Positions 12,892 through 26,587 of a stretch of 64,000 nucleotides of DNA are shown piece after piece. Location: assembly GCF_045037415.1 (NCBI RefSeq), contig NZ_CP173438.1. The stretch is one strand, 5' to 3'. The DNA comes from Escherichia coli (lineage in GTDB: Bacteria; Pseudomonadota; Gammaproteobacteria; Enterobacterales; Enterobacteriaceae). The notes under the pieces are model-generated. The model saw nothing but the letters and a program-made list of their open reading frames with translations, had not been told where the DNA came from and made no database searches. The position numbers were made by a program, and so were the translations under genes. Each line of letters opens with the position of its first letter. Positions within the stretch are counted from its first letter, which is position 1.

Positions 12892-13377
12892 ATGAAATAC
12901 GATACTTCCGAGCTTTGTGACATCTATCAAGAAGATGTTAACGTCGTGGAACCGCTGTTCTCCAACTTTGGCGGACGGGCGTCGTTTGGCGGACAAATAA
13001 TCACGGTAAAATGTTTCGAGGACAACGGGTTGCTGTACGATCTGCTCGAACAGAATGGCCGTGGTCGTGTTCTTGTCGTCGATGGCGGAGGTTCTGTTCG
13101 CCGCGCACTGGTCGATGCTGAACTGGCGCGTCTGGCAGTACAAAATGAATGGGAAGGCCTGGTCATTTACGGCGCGGTGCGTCAGGTAGATGACCTGGAA
13201 GAGTTGGATATCGGCATCCAGGCGATGGCGGCAATTCCGGTTGGTGCCGCTGGCGAAGGCATTGGCGAAAGCGATGTCCGCGTCAATTTTGGCGGTGTCA
13301 CCTTCTTCTCCGGCGACCATCTTTATGCCGACAATACCGGGATTATTCTTTCAGAAGATCCGCTGGATATTGAATGA
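12892..13377 (+). CDS. rraA: RNase E regulator RraA (MenG-like)
   Basis: 161-aa [32 protein letters not shown]... Confidence 0.92.
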
Positions 13378-13378
13378 T

Positions 13379-13407
13379 AAAAAAGGCACCGCAAGGTGCC
13401 TTTTTTC
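13379..13407. terminator. bidirectional terminator between convergent rraA and zapB
   Basis: GGCACC-GCAA-GGTGCC hairpin flanked by A6 and T6. Confidence 0.6.
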
Positions 13408-13461
13408 TGCGTTACCTGTTGGCCTACACAGTAAAGAAATTACGCGAAAGATGAAGTGTAA

Positions 13462-13755
<294 letters not shown>

Positions 13756-13999
13756 TTACCGGTGACGCCTTAATAAATACGAGCGCACTTTAGTTAGCTC
13801 CGATTGTATGAAGCCGCGCCATCGCTGTCCAGCGGCACGCCTTGCAGATTACGGTTTGCCACACTTTTCATCCTTCTCCTGGTGACATAATCCACATCAA
13901 TCGAAAATGTTAATAAATTTGTTGCGCGAATGATCTAACAAACATGCATCATGTACAATCAGATGGAATAAATGGCGCGATAACGCTCATTTTATGACG

Positions 14000-14060
14000 G
14001 AGCACACACATTTTAAGTTCGATATTTCTCGTTTTTGCTCGTTAACGATAAGTTTACAGC
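14000..14060 (+). promoter_or_regulatory. glpFKX promoter region with GlpR-operator-like half-sites
   Basis: AAGTTCGATA and CGTTAACGATAAG elements resembling GlpR operator half-sites, 70-130 bp upstream of glpF. Confidence 0.4.
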
Positions 14061-14131
14061 ATGCCTACAAGCATCGTGGAGGTCCGTGACTTTCACGCAT
14101 ACAACAAACATTAACTCTTCAGGATCCGATT

Positions 14132-16508
<2,377 letters not shown>

Positions 16509-16516
16509 TAATGATT

Positions 16517-16612
16517 GCCTGATGCGACGCTTGCGCGTCTTATCAGGCCTACGAGTCGGATACACATCCGGCATCACGCAGACTCTGAAACCGTGCGGGG
16601 GCAACCCCGCAC
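16517..16612. repeat. REP element plus GCAA-tetraloop hairpin in the glpK-glpX intergenic region
   Basis: GCCTGATGCGACGCTTGCGCGTCTTATCAGGCCTAC (16517-16552) and GTGCGGGG-GCAA-CCCCGCAC (16593-16612). Confidence 0.6.
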
Positions 16613-16678
16613 ACATCAATAATCCCGCCCTTCCCCTGTGCTACACTTCGCGCCATTCCTTACTGCTTAGAGTTTGCT

Positions 16679-17689
16679 ATGAGACGAGAACTTGCCATCG
16701 AATTTTCCCGCGTCACCGAATCAGCGGCGCTGGCTGGCTACAAATGGTTAGGACGCGGCGATAAAAACACCGCGGACGGCGCGGCGGTAAACGCCATGCG
16801 TATTATGCTCAACCAGGTCAACATTGACGGCACCATCGTCATTGGTGAAGGTGAAATCGACGAAGCACCGATGCTCTACATTGGTGAAAAAGTCGGTACT
16901 GGTCGCGGCGACGCGGTAGATATTGCTGTTGATCCGATTGAAGGCACGCGCATGACGGCGATGGGCCAGGCTAACGCGCTGGCGGTGCTGGCAGTAGGCG
17001 ATAAAGGCTGTTTCCTCAACGCGCCAGATATGTATATGGAGAAGCTGATCGTCGGACCGGGAGCCAAAGGCACCATTGATCTGAACCTGCCGCTGGCGGA
17101 TAACCTGCGCAATGTTGCGGCGGCGCTCGGCAAACCGTTGAGCGAACTGACGGTAACGATTCTGGCAAAACCGCGCCACGATGCCGTTATCGCTGAAATG
17201 CAACAACTCGGCGTACGCGTATTTGCTATTCCGGACGGCGACGTTGCAGCCTCAATTCTCACCTGTATGCCGGACAGTGAAGTCGATGTGCTGTACGGCA
17301 TTGGCGGCGCGCCGGAAGGCGTGGTTTCTGCGGCGGTGATCCGCGCATTAGATGGCGACATGAATGGTCGTCTGCTGGCACGTCATGACGTCAAAGGCGA
17401 CAACGAAGAGAATCGTCGCATTGGCGAGCAGGAGCTGGCACGCTGCAAAGCGATGGGCATCGAAGCCGGTAAAGTATTGCGTTTGGGCGATATGGCGCGC
17501 AGCGACAACGTCATCTTCTCTGCCACCGGTATTACCAAAGGCGATCTGCTGGAAGGCATTAGCCGCAAAGGCAATATCGCCACCACCGAAACGCTGCTGA
17601 TCCGTGGTAAATCACGCACCATTCGTCGCATTCAGTCCATCCACTATCTGGATCGTAAAGACCCGGAAATGCAGGTGCACATTCTCTGA
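16679..17689 (+). CDS. glpX: fructose-1,6-bisphosphatase class II
   Basis: 336-aa ORF, third gene of the glpFKX operon. Confidence 0.93.
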   Translation: MRRELAIEFSRVTESAALAGYKWLGRGDKNTADGAAVNAMRIMLNQVNIDGTIVIGEGEIDEAPMLYIGEKVGTGRGDAVDIAVDPIEGTRMTAMGQANALAVLAVGDKGCFLNAPDMYMEKLIVGPGAKGTIDLNLPLADNLRNVAAALGKPLSELTVTILAKPRHDAVIAEMQQLGVRVFAIPDGDVAASILTCMPDSEVDVLYGIGGAPEGVVSAAVIRALDGDMNGRLLARHDVKGDNEENRRIGEQELARCKAMGIEAGKVLRLGDMARSDNVIFSATGITKGDLLEGISRKGNIATTETLLIRGKSRTIRRIQSIHYLDRKDPEMQVHIL

Positions 17690-17711
17690 GTGATTTGATC
17701 GATTGAGCCTT

Positions 17712-17738
17712 CCAGTCCTTCGGGACTGGAATTTTTTT
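17712..17738 (+). terminator. rho-independent terminator after glpX
   Basis: CCAGTCC-TTCG-GGACTGG followed by a T7 tract. Confidence 0.65.
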
Positions 17739-17785
17739 GTTCGGAGAACGAAGATAAGGCAAGTCAATCAAAACAGGAGAAAAAC

Positions 17786-18532
17786 ATGGCTGATTGGGTA
17801 ACAGGCAAAGTCACTAAAGTGCAGAACTGGACCGACGCCCTGTTTAGTCTCACCGTTCACGCTCCCGTGCTTCCGTTTACCGCCGGGCAATTCACCAAAC
17901 TTGGCCTTGAAATTGAAGGCGAACGCGTTCAGCGTGCCTACTCTTACGTTAACTCGCCCGACAATCCCGATCTGGAGTTTTACCTGGTCACCGTCCCCGA
18001 TGGCAAATTAAGCCCGCGACTGGCGGCGCTAAAACCGGGTGATGAAGTGCAAGTGGTTAGTGAGGCGGCAGGCTTCTTTGTGCTGGATGAAGTCCCTGAC
18101 TGCGAAACACTGTGGATGCTGGCGACTGGTACGGCGATTGGCCCTTATTTATCGATTCTGCAATTGGGCAAAGATTTAGAACGCTTCAAAAACATGGTGC
18201 TGGTTCACGCCGCACGATATGCCGCCGACTTAAGCTATCTACCTCTGATGCAGGAACTGGAAAAACGCTACGAGGGGAAACTGCGCATTCAGACGGTGGT
18301 CAGTCGGGAAACGGCTGCGGGTTCGCTCACTGGGCGGATACCGGCGTTAATTGAAAGTGGTGAACTGGAAAGCGCGGTTGGCCTGCCGATGAATAAAGAA
18401 ACCAGCCATGTGATGCTGTGCGGCAATCCACAGATGGTGCGCGATACACAACAGTTGCTGAAAGAGACCCGGCAGATGACGAAACATTTACGTCGCCGAC
18501 CGGGCCATATGACAGCGGAGCATTACTGGTAA
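17786..18532 (+). CDS. fpr: ferredoxin/flavodoxin-NADP+ reductase
   Basis: 248 aa; FAD-binding RAYSY motif. Confidence 0.92.
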   Translation: MADWVTGKVTKVQNWTDALFSLTVHAPVLPFTAGQFTKLGLEIEGERVQRAYSYVNSPDNPDLEFYLVTVPDGKLSPRLAALKPGDEVQVVSEAAGFFVLDEVPDCETLWMLATGTAIGPYLSILQLGKDLERFKNMVLVHAARYAADLSYLPLMQELEKRYEGKLRIQTVVSRETAAGSLTGRIPALIESGELESAVGLPMNKETSHVMLCGNPQMVRDTQQLLKETRQMTKHLRRRPGHMTAEHYW

Positions 18533-18536
18533 GCGG

Positions 18537-18965
18537 TTACTTGTCGATAAACGGCACGATCAAGAGATCCGCACTCAACTTATTGATCATCCCGCGATAT
18601 GCCGGCATCAAACGGTTGATAAATGAGTGGTGATGACCACAGACAAGGAGGTCGCACTGCTCTTTTTGCATAATTTCCAGCAGTGTTTCCGGCATTTCTC
18701 CGCGTTCAATACGCAGTTTTGTCTTCGGCCATTGAATATTTTTCGTCAGTTTATACAGCTTGTTATCCGACTTATTCTTCAACAATTGAAGAATATCTTC
18801 TGTTGCAGGGAAGTAGATACCCGGATACAACTCGCTTAAGCCATCATCAATATGAATTAACGTCAGGTGAGCGTCATTATGTCTGGCGAGCTCCAGGGCT
18901 TTATTCACCAGTAAGGCATCTTCTTCATTCCCGGAAATTGCCACGCCAATGTGTTTATAAGCCAT
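18537..18965 (-). CDS. uspD: universal stress protein D
   Basis: 142-aa UspA-fold ORF; convergent with fpr with only 4 bp between stops. Confidence 0.88.
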   Translation of the reverse strand: MAYKHIGVAISGNEEDALLVNKALELARHNDAHLTLIHIDDGLSELYPGIYFPATEDILQLLKNKSDNKLYKLTKNIQWPKTKLRIERGEMPETLLEIMQKEQCDLLVCGHHHSFINRLMPAYRGMINKLSADLLIVPFIDK

Positions 18966-18991
18966 GTTTAACTCCTTCTAAAGCAACTCCA

Positions 18992-19291
18992 TCAAGCTAA
19001 CGAACGCAGTGATAACTCAAAAATAATCATCTCGGCCTGGCATGAGAAGGTGAAGGCCGCATCAAGCTCAACTTGCCCTTCCAGATCTTTAATCTTATAG
19101 GCCACGCTGGCCCCTTCATCTGCAGAGGATGCAGCGGCGGCAAGCTCTTTCAGTTTGGTCATAAAGGACTCTGCTTCTTCGCGGGTGGCAAAAAAGCGCG
19201 AAAACTTACTGGTACAGTTGTCGTTATCAATCACCGTACCGATATCAATCGCACATCCTTTAGTACTGCATTTATCTACGACATCTTTCAT
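18992..19291 (-). CDS. yiiS: YiiS-like small conserved protein
   Basis: 99-aa ORF in the K-12 yiiS position. Confidence 0.8.
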   Translation of the reverse strand: MKDVVDKCSTKGCAIDIGTVIDNDNCTSKFSRFFATREEAESFMTKLKELAAAASSADEGASVAYKIKDLEGQVELDAAFTFSCQAEMIIFELSLRSLA

Positions 19292-19502
19292 AGGGCACCT
19301 CTGTATATTCGCCTCTCTGTCGATTACGACTTAAGAATAATGCGCCGTTAAAGGAAGAACAAACAAGTAATGATCTTATGGATTACCATTTTTTTTGATA
19401 TTGCTTAAGGTGAAGAGTTCAGAAGGATTTTCCGGGCATTGTCACTTGCATCGTGGAAATAACAATCCCGGAAAAAAATAGCGATAAGAGATATATTAAA
19501 GG

Positions 19503-19943
19503 TTAATTACTTGATTTATTGTCGGCTTTATACTTCACATCCTGGGTATCTTTACCATATTTATTTTCGCCTTGTGTGCCAACAAACGCACCAAGATCGA
19601 TAAGCATCATCACCAGAATCAGTGTTGGGATAAAACGCCCCACCGCCCATTGCCATACCCCCGGCAAAATTGCCCAGTTACCCGCCAGCAGCATCCACGC
19701 CACAATCATCAGAAATGCCCATGCGCCGGAACGCCCGCGATCATGCAAGCGCTTAACGGTTACTGCCGCTGTTGGCCAAAGCAAGCACACAAGGCAAAAC
19801 GCCGCGGTCTGAATATCGAGTAAATTTTTACCCGCCAGTGAGAAAAGCACCAGCATGCCTGCGAACCACAGGCCTATCCAAATCCAGAAATCACGGCGTC
19901 CAATACGCCCTTTAAATGAGAATAACCATTGCTGTATGGTCAT
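19503..19943 (-). CDS. yiiR: YiiR-like inner membrane protein
   Basis: 146 aa with about four hydrophobic helices. Confidence 0.8.
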   Translation of the reverse strand: MTIQQWLFSFKGRIGRRDFWIWIGLWFAGMLVLFSLAGKNLLDIQTAAFCLVCLLWPTAAVTVKRLHDRGRSGAWAFLMIVAWMLLAGNWAILPGVWQWAVGRFIPTLILVMMLIDLGAFVGTQGENKYGKDTQDVKYKADNKSSN

Positions 19944-20043
19944 GTAAGTTCCTTGATGGTTGTCTTTTCCAGGATTCTACCCTTTTGACAAGGGCGACAG
20001 ATATCGTTTTAATCGGAGCCAGTCATAACAAAAGGTACTGTCA

Positions 20044-20643
20044 ATGAAGCCAGGGTGTACGCTGTTTATTCTCTTATGTTCTGCATTAACCGTTACAACA
20101 ACGGCGCATGCACAAACACCAGATACGGCAACGACCGCGCCTTATCTGCTGGCTGGAGCCCCTACTTTCGATCTCTCCATCAGCCAGTTTCGAGAAGACT
20201 TTAACAGCCAGAATCCCAGCCTGCCACTGAACGAATTTCGTGCCATCGACAGCAGTCCCGACAAAGCCAATCTCACTCGTGCAGCAAGTAAAATTAACGA
20301 GAACTTGTATGCTTCTACTGCGCTGGAGCGCGGTACCTTAAAAATCAAAAGCATTCAAATAACCTGGCTACCCATCCAGGGGCCAGAGCAAAAAGCCGCG
20401 AAAGCGAAAGCTCAGGCATACATGGCAGCGGTGATCCGCACACTCACCCCATTAATGACCAAAACTCAAAGCCAGAAAAAACTGCAGTCGCTACTAACGG
20501 CGGGGAAAAACAAACGTTATTACACCGAGACAGAAGGTGCACTGCGTTATGTTGTCGCGGACAACGGCGAAAAGGGGCTGACCTTCGCTGTTGAACCGAT
20601 TAAGCTGGCGCTATCTGAATCGCTTGAAGGTTTGAATAAATGA
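20044..20643 (+). CDS. yiiQ: YiiQ-like periplasmic protein
   Basis: 199 aa with signal peptide (MKPGCTLFILLCSALTVTTTAHA). Confidence 0.8.
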   Translation: MKPGCTLFILLCSALTVTTTAHAQTPDTATTAPYLLAGAPTFDLSISQFREDFNSQNPSLPLNEFRAIDSSPDKANLTRAASKINENLYASTALERGTLKIKSIQITWLPIQGPEQKAAKAKAQAYMAAVIRTLTPLMTKTQSQKKLQSLLTAGKNKRYYTETEGALRYVVADNGEKGLTFAVEPIKLALSESLEGLNK

Positions 20644-20750
20644 CAAAAAGCAAAGCCTTTGTGCCGATGAATCTCTATACTGTTTCACAGACCTGCTGCC
20701 CTGCGGGGCGGCCATCTTCCTTTATTCGCTTATAAGCGTGGAGAATTAAA

Positions 20751-21518
20751 ATGCGACATCCTTTAGTGATGGGTAACTGGAAACTGAACGGCAGCCGCCA
20801 CATGGTTCACGAGCTGGTTTCTAACCTGCGTAAAGAGCTGGCAGGTGTTGCTGGCTGTGCGGTTGCAATCGCACCACCGGAAATGTACATCGATATGGCG
20901 AAGCGTGAAGCTGAAGGCAGCCACATCATGCTGGGTGCGCAAAACGTGGACCTGAACCTGTCCGGCGCATTCACCGGTGAAACCTCTGCTGCTATGCTGA
21001 AAGACATCGGCGCACAGTACATCATCATCGGCCACTCTGAACGTCGTACTTACCACAAAGAATCTGACGAACTGATCGCGAAAAAATTCGCGGTGCTGAA
21101 AGAGCAGGGTCTAACTCCGGTTCTGTGCATCGGTGAAACCGAAGCGGAAAACGAAGCGGGCAAAACTGAAGAAGTTTGTGCACGTCAGATCGACGCGGTA
21201 CTGAAAACCCAGGGTGCTGCGGCATTCGAAGGTGCGGTTATCGCTTACGAACCTGTATGGGCAATCGGTACTGGCAAATCTGCAACTCCGGCTCAGGCAC
21301 AGGCTGTTCACAAATTCATCCGTGACCACATTGCTAAAGTTGACGCTAACATCGCTGAACAAGTGATCATTCAGTACGGCGGCTCTGTAAACGCGTCTAA
21401 CGCTGCAGAACTGTTTGCTCAGCCAGACATCGACGGCGCGCTGGTTGGCGGTGCTTCTCTGAAAGCTGACGCTTTCGCCGTGATCGTTAAAGCTGCAGAA
21501 GCGGCTAAACAGGCTTAA
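20751..21518 (+). CDS. tpiA: triosephosphate isomerase
   Basis: 255 aa; catalytic IGHSERR and [11 protein letters not shown] motifs. Confidence 0.96.
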
Positions 21519-21527
21519 GTCTGACAG

Positions 21528-21550
21528 GTGCCGGATTTCATATCCGGCAC
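21528..21550. terminator. hairpin between convergent tpiA and cdh
   Basis: GTGCCGGAT / ATCCGGCAC 9-bp inverted repeat. Confidence 0.5.
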
Positions 21551-21572
21551 TTACTTTCCTAAACTCCTCGCC

Positions 21573-22328
21573 TTAACGCAAAATCTCACACTGATGATCC
21601 TGGATTTCTTCGGCTGAAGCACGGTTCAGCGTCAGTAGATTTCGTTGTGTCGCCAGCAATACAAATGAGTTATCACTCTGCCGTACCATCGCCAGCCCGT
21701 AGCTTCCCATATGTTCCCGCGCCTCAGGCACTTCTTCCGCCAGCATCATAAATGGGCTGCGTTGTACCAGTTCGCTTTCCGTTACCCGACGCGCCAGGTA
21801 CTCATGCCCACGCAAACCACCTGGCAGTGGCAACCAGCGGCTACTGATGTTCGCCAGATTGTTATCCAGCTGTTCGCGCACATCAGGACGAATACAAGAA
21901 ATATGAATATGAAAATGGTTTTGCGTACGCCCGGTGCGGGAGTTGATCGCCAGAGATACCGCGCGATCGGGAACAGGCTGGCCGTATTTTTGGCTCATAA
22001 AATCACGCGCCTGCCAGGCTAACCAGAAAAAATTAGGCGTTGACGGATCGGTCAACAATGGGCTTTCAGTACCGTTAATACGGTACGTTGGCATTAACAG
22101 ATATTGCAGTGGGCCATGACGATCTTTTAAAACCACGTATCCGGCGTTGGGTTTGACTTCCGCACATGGCGACGGGTTTTGGTTTTCCTGCTGGTTGGGC
22201 AAACATTGCTCAAGAACTATCTTACGTAACGTGTCTGACTCTTCACCGGTTAATTTCCAGTAACCAATACCGGCAGTCACAACGGCGATAACTATCATCA
22301 CCAAAAAAAGAAGACCCGCTTTTTTCAT
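21573..22328 (-). CDS. cdh: CDP-diacylglycerol pyrophosphatase
   Basis: ORF track starts at 22520 inside sbp; internal start [17 protein letters not shown] at 22328 gives 251 aa with an N-terminal membrane anchor. Confidence 0.9.
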   Translation of the reverse strand: MKKAGLLFLVMIVIAVVTAGIGYWKLTGEESDTLRKIVLEQCLPNQQENQNPSPCAEVKPNAGYVVLKDRHGPLQYLLMPTYRINGTESPLLTDPSTPNFFWLAWQARDFMSQKYGQPVPDRAVSLAINSRTGRTQNHFHIHISCIRPDVREQLDNNLANISSRWLPLPGGLRGHEYLARRVTESELVQRSPFMMLAEEVPEAREHMGSYGLAMVRQSDNSFVLLATQRNLLTLNRASAEEIQDHQCEILR

Positions 22329-22434
22329 CTTTTTTTCCCTGTACCTCAAAGAGATGCAAGGGTAACGCAAAATCGTGACAAATAAAAAACCCAGTGGCGA
22401 GAAACCACCGGGCTTGATAATTATCCTGGGGAAA

Positions 22435-23424
22435 TCAGCGTTTGCTGATCTGATCGAACGTACCGCCGTTAGCAAAATGCTCTTTTTGCGCTTTCGTCCA
22501 GCCGCCGAACTCTTCATCAATGGTGAATAACTTCAATTTTGGAAACGCATTTTCGTACTTTTTCGCTACCTCAGCGTCGCGCGGACGGTAGTAGTTTTTC
22601 GCTGCAATTTCCTGACCTTCTGGCGAGTAGAGATATTTCAGGTAGGCTTCCGCCACCTCTTTGGTGCCTTTTTTCTCGACCACTTTATCGACCACCGACA
22701 CGGTTGGCTCTGCGAGGATAGACTCACTCGGCGTGACGATTTCGAATTTATCTTTCCCCAGTTCATTCGCTGCCAGCAGAGCTTCGTTTTCCCAGGCAAT
22801 CAGTACATCGCCAATTCCGCGCTCGACAAAAGTGTTAGTGGATCCACGCGCGCCAGAATCCAGAACTTCGACGTTTTTATACAGTGCCCGAACAAAATCC
22901 TGTGCTTTTGCCTGATCGTTGTTGTTGTGATGAAGCGCGTAGCCCCAGGCTGCCAGGTAATTCCAGCGCGCGCCACCAGAGCTTTTCGGATTAGGCGTGA
23001 TCACCGAAACACCCGGTTTAATCAGATCGTTCCAGTCATGGATCTGCTTCGGATTACCCTTACGTACCAGGAAAACAATGGTGGAAGTGTACGGTGCGGA
23101 GTTATCCGGCAGACGTTTGATCCACTCTTTATCAATCCGCCCGCGTTCCGCAATTGCGTCCACGTCATAGGCCAGAGCCAGCGTGACAACATCAGCTTCA
23201 ATACCGTTGATTACCGACGTCGCTTGTTTGCCTGAACCACCGTGTGACTGACGAATCACCACGTTATCGCCAGTTTGCTGTTTCCAGTGGGCGCTGAATG
23301 CCTTGTTGTACTGTTCGTACAATTCGCGCGTTGGATCATATGAAACGTTAAGAAGCTGAATATCCTTTGCCATAACGCTGGTTGCCACCAGCAAAAATGT
23401 TAACCCTACGCCCCACTTTTTCAT
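22435..23424 (-). CDS. sbp: sulfate/thiosulfate-binding periplasmic protein
   Basis: 329 aa with signal peptide; periplasmic binding protein fold. Confidence 0.92.
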   Translation of the reverse strand: MKKWGVGLTFLLVATSVMAKDIQLLNVSYDPTRELYEQYNKAFSAHWKQQTGDNVVIRQSHGGSGKQATSVINGIEADVVTLALAYDVDAIAERGRIDKEWIKRLPDNSAPYTSTIVFLVRKGNPKQIHDWNDLIKPGVSVITPNPKSSGGARWNYLAAWGYALHHNNNDQAKAQDFVRALYKNVEVLDSGARGSTNTFVERGIGDVLIAWENEALLAANELGKDKFEIVTPSESILAEPTVSVVDKVVEKKGTKEVAEAYLKYLYSPEGQEIAAKNYYRPRDAEVAKKYENAFPKLKLFTIDEEFGGWTKAQKEHFANGGTFDQISKR

Positions 23425-23532
23425 CGCCCGACTCTCTTATGTTGTGTTGTGATGAGCAAAGCGTGCCAGAAGGTTGACCAAACATTAAAGAATAAAAAAA
23501 GATTGGCTATAACTTGCGAGTATATGTTGGGG

Positions 23533-23559
23533 GATTAAAAAGGCGGAAGAAATCCGCCT
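23533..23559 (-). terminator. rho-independent terminator after pfkA
   Basis: AGGCGGA-AGAAA-TCCGCCT hairpin followed on the minus strand by TTTTAAT. Confidence 0.5.
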
Positions 23560-23589
23560 CATATTGCTGACAAAGTGCGCTTTGTCCAT

Positions 23590-23686
23590 GCCGGATGCGG
23601 CACAAACGCCTTATCCGGCCTACAAAAGTTTGCAAATTCAATAGATTACAGAATTCATGTAGGCCTGATAAGCGAAGCGCATCAGG
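23590..23686. repeat. REP pair (BIME) between pfkA and sbp
   Basis: GCCGGATGCGGCACAAACGCCTTATCCGGCCTAC and inverted GTAGGCCTGATAAGCGAAGCGCATCAGGC. Confidence 0.65.
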
Positions 23687-23743
23687 CCTTTTTGCTTCTG
23701 TCATCGGTTTCAGGCTAAAGGAATCTGCCTTTTTCCGAAATCA

Positions 23744-24706
23744 TTAATACAGTTTTTTCGCGCAGTCCAGCCAGTCGCCTTTGAACGGACGCTTCATGTT
23801 TTCGATAGCGTCGATGATGTCGTGGTGAACCAGCTGTTCGTTCTGGATACCTACGCAACGACCACCGTAACCTGCCAGCAGCAGATCGATAGCGTAAGCG
23901 CCCATACGGGAAGCCAGAATACGGTCGTAAGGCACCGGAGAACCACCGCGCTGGATGTGGCCCAGCACAGTTGCGCGGGTTTCACGACCGGTTTCTTTCT
24001 CGATGAAATGCGCCAGTTCGTCAACATCACACATATGTTCGGTAATCGCCACGATCGCGTGTTTTTTACCTTTCGCGATACCCGCTTTGATTTCGTTTAC
24101 CAGGTCTTCACGGCTGAATTCAACTTCCGGAACCACAACGAATTCACAGCCACCGGCAATGGCCGCAGCCAACGTCAGATCGCCACAATAACGGCCCATC
24201 ACTTCCACCACGGAAATACGCTGGTGAGAAGAAGAGGTGTCACGCAGACGGTCGATCGCTTCTACAACGGTGCTCAGCGCAGTGAAGAAACCGATAGTGT
24301 AGTCAGTGCCTTTGATGTCGTTGTCGATAGTGCCCGGCAGGCCGATGCACGGGAAGCCCATTTCGGTCAGACGCATTGCACCCATGTAGGAACCGTCACC
24401 GCCGATAACCACCAGCGCGTCGATCCCACGTTTTTTCAGGTTTTCGATAGCCACGGCGCGGATGTTCTCGTCGCGGAATTCCGGGAAACGCGCAGAACCG
24501 AGGAACGTACCGCCACGGTTGATCATGTCAGAAACGCTGTAACGGTCTAGCTGTACCATACGGTCTTCATACAGACCCAGATAGCCGTCATAAATGCCCA
24601 TTACTTCCAGACCTTCTGTCAGCGCAGAACGAACAACCCCGCGAATTGCGGCGTTCATGCCTGGCGCATCACCGCCGCTTGTCAACACACCGATTTTCTT
24701 AATCAT
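23744..24706 (-). CDS. pfkA: ATP-dependent 6-phosphofructokinase I
   Basis: ORF track starts at 24802; internal start [23 protein letters not shown] at 24706 gives 320 aa. Confidence 0.96.
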
Positions 24707-24886
24707 GACTACCTCTGAACTTTGGAATGCAAAATGAAATCTGTTGCCGGAAGTCTTCTTGCACATCGAAGTGATCCAACGAATGTGCAAATAGTATAAC
24801 AATCACTTCCTGCTGAATTGATTCAGGTCAGGCCAAATGGCGGTATTTTATACACAAAATGCGGGTCTGGCTCTCTTTTATACTGA

Positions 24887-25789
24887 TTATGAAAGCATAG
24901 ACCGTTTACCCTCCCTGGGTACGACGGAACAGGGGTCCTGATGGATAATCACATCCGATCCCGGAAAACGCCGTAAAATAGCCTGCTCTACCTGATCCGC
25001 CACCATATGTGCCTGAACCAAAGGCAGAGAGTCTTCCATTTCCAAATGAATCTGAATAAAGCGGGTCGGCCCTGACTGCCGCGTGCGAAGATCGTGAGCG
25101 CCGCTAACACCCGGCCAGGAAGTCACGATATCAATAATTTCTTGCCGTTCCTCATCAGGCAATGCGCGATCCAGTAATGACTGTACCGCCTCATATCCCA
25201 TGCGTAACGCGCTATATAAAATATAGATGCCGATCCCCAATGCAAACAGAGCATCGGCGCGATGCCAGCCGTACCAGGACAACCCCAGCGCCAGCAGAAT
25301 TGCGCCGTTCATCATAACATCAGACTGGTAATGTAGCATATCAGCCCGCACCGCCTGGCTTTGCGTCCGGCGCACCACCCAACGCTGAAACGAGACAAGG
25401 ATAATCGTACAAATTAGCGCCACAATTGTCACGATAACCCCGACGCCTGGATCTGTCATCGGTGTTGGAGATACCAGATGTTGAATACCCGTCAAAAACA
25501 GGAATAGTGCCGAACCGGAGATAAACATACTTTGCGCCAGCGCCGCGAGGGACTCAGCTTTACCGTGACCAAACGAGTGATTATCGTCGGCAGGTTGCAG
25601 GGAATATCGCACCACCAGTAAATTCGTCAACGACGCACCGATATCCACCAGCGAATCCACCAGCGCGGCGAGAATACTCACCGACCCGGTATACCACCAT
25701 GCAAAAATTTTAATCAGCAATAGCAGCGAAGCCATCGCCGTCGCAGCAATCGCCGCCCGACTGACCAGCCGTCCATAAGATTGATTCAT
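24887..25789 (-). CDS. fieF: cation-diffusion-facilitator Fe/Zn efflux pump
   Basis: CDF-family membrane protein; internal start [23 protein letters not shown] at 25789 gives 300 aa. Confidence 0.9.
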   Translation of the reverse strand: MNQSYGRLVSRAAIAATAMASLLLLIKIFAWWYTGSVSILAALVDSLVDIGASLTNLLVVRYSLQPADDNHSFGHGKAESLAALAQSMFISGSALFLFLTGIQHLVSPTPMTDPGVGVIVTIVALICTIILVSFQRWVVRRTQSQAVRADMLHYQSDVMMNGAILLALGLSWYGWHRADALFALGIGIYILYSALRMGYEAVQSLLDRALPDEERQEIIDIVTSWPGVSGAHDLRTRQSGPTRFIQIHLEMEDSLPLVQAHMVADQVEQAILRRFPGSDVIIHQDPCSVVPREGKRSMLS

Positions 25790-25870
25790 AAATACTCCCG
25801 CTATCAACTGACGGTAGTATAACGGAAGCAAATCATCTGCAATGCATTAAGCAGCAGGCAAATTGAGGAT

Positions 25871-25930
25871 AAAAAAAACCCCCACATCATGTGGGGGAAG
25901 ACAGGGATGGTGTCTATGGCAAGGAAAACA
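25871..25930 (-). ncRNA. cpxQ: CpxQ-like sRNA derived from the cpxP 3' UTR, including the cpxP terminator
   Basis: minus-strand sequence ...UUUCCUUGCCAUAGACACCAUCCCUGUCUUCCCCCACAUGAUGUGGGGG + U8 lies just 3' of the cpxP stop; hairpin CCCCCACAT-CATGTGGGGG at 25879-25897. Confidence 0.55.
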
Positions 25931-25937
25931 GGGTTTA

Positions 25938-26438
25938 CTACTGGGAACGTGAGTTGCTACTACTCAATAGCTTCAACGATGAACTTTTTTGCCATTGCGT
26001 CACGTCGCGCAACTGCTCCATTCGTTGTTGATGTTTCTCGTTTAAAACCGCTTGCTGCTCCGGCGTTAACAGGCGATACATTTGGTTGCGGACTTTTGCC
26101 ATCTCAACCTGACGAGCAATTTGCTCATTCGCCATTTTTTCTGCCTGTGCGCGCACAGCGTTTTCATCAAAATTTTCTGCGGTGACAAGGCGATGCATTG
26201 TCTCCAGTTCGCTAACATTAACAGGAGGCTGTTCGTGCCGGGCCTGTTGCATAAGATCTCGCATCTGCTGACGCTGATGTTCGGTTAAACTTATGCCGTC
26301 GAACATATGGCTCTGCGTACTGCGCTGCGTAAGTTCTTCACCCGGATGCCAGTTATCGCCTGAACCGACTTCAGCAGCGTGGCTTAATGAACTGACTGCC
26401 AGCGTTGAGGCCATGACGGCAGCGGTAACTATGCGCAT
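25938..26438 (-). CDS. cpxP: periplasmic envelope-stress adaptor CpxP
   Basis: 166 aa with signal peptide and two LTxxQ motifs. Confidence 0.93.
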
Positions 26439-26517
26439 CATTTGCTCCCAAAATCTTTCTGTCGCGATTCAACGATAGAGAGTTTACGATTCAGGCTGCA
26501 AACATGCGTCAGGGGGT

Positions 26518-26532
26518 GTAAAACAACGTAAA
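26518..26532. promoter_or_regulatory. CpxR box in the cpxP-cpxR divergent promoter region
   Basis: GTAAA-ACAAC-GTAAA, exact match to GTAAA(N5)GTAAA. Confidence 0.65.
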
Positions 26533-26587
26533 GTCATGGATTAGCGACGTCTGATGACGTAATTTCTGCCTCGGAGGTATTTAAACA

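Noticed and set aside
21573-22520. 315-aa cdh ORF overlapping sbp by 86 nt
   Set aside because: The internal start at 22328 gives the expected 251-aa Cdh with an N-terminal membrane anchor and removes the overlap
23822-24550. 242-aa ORF antisense to pfkA
   Set aside because: Shadow ORF inside pfkA
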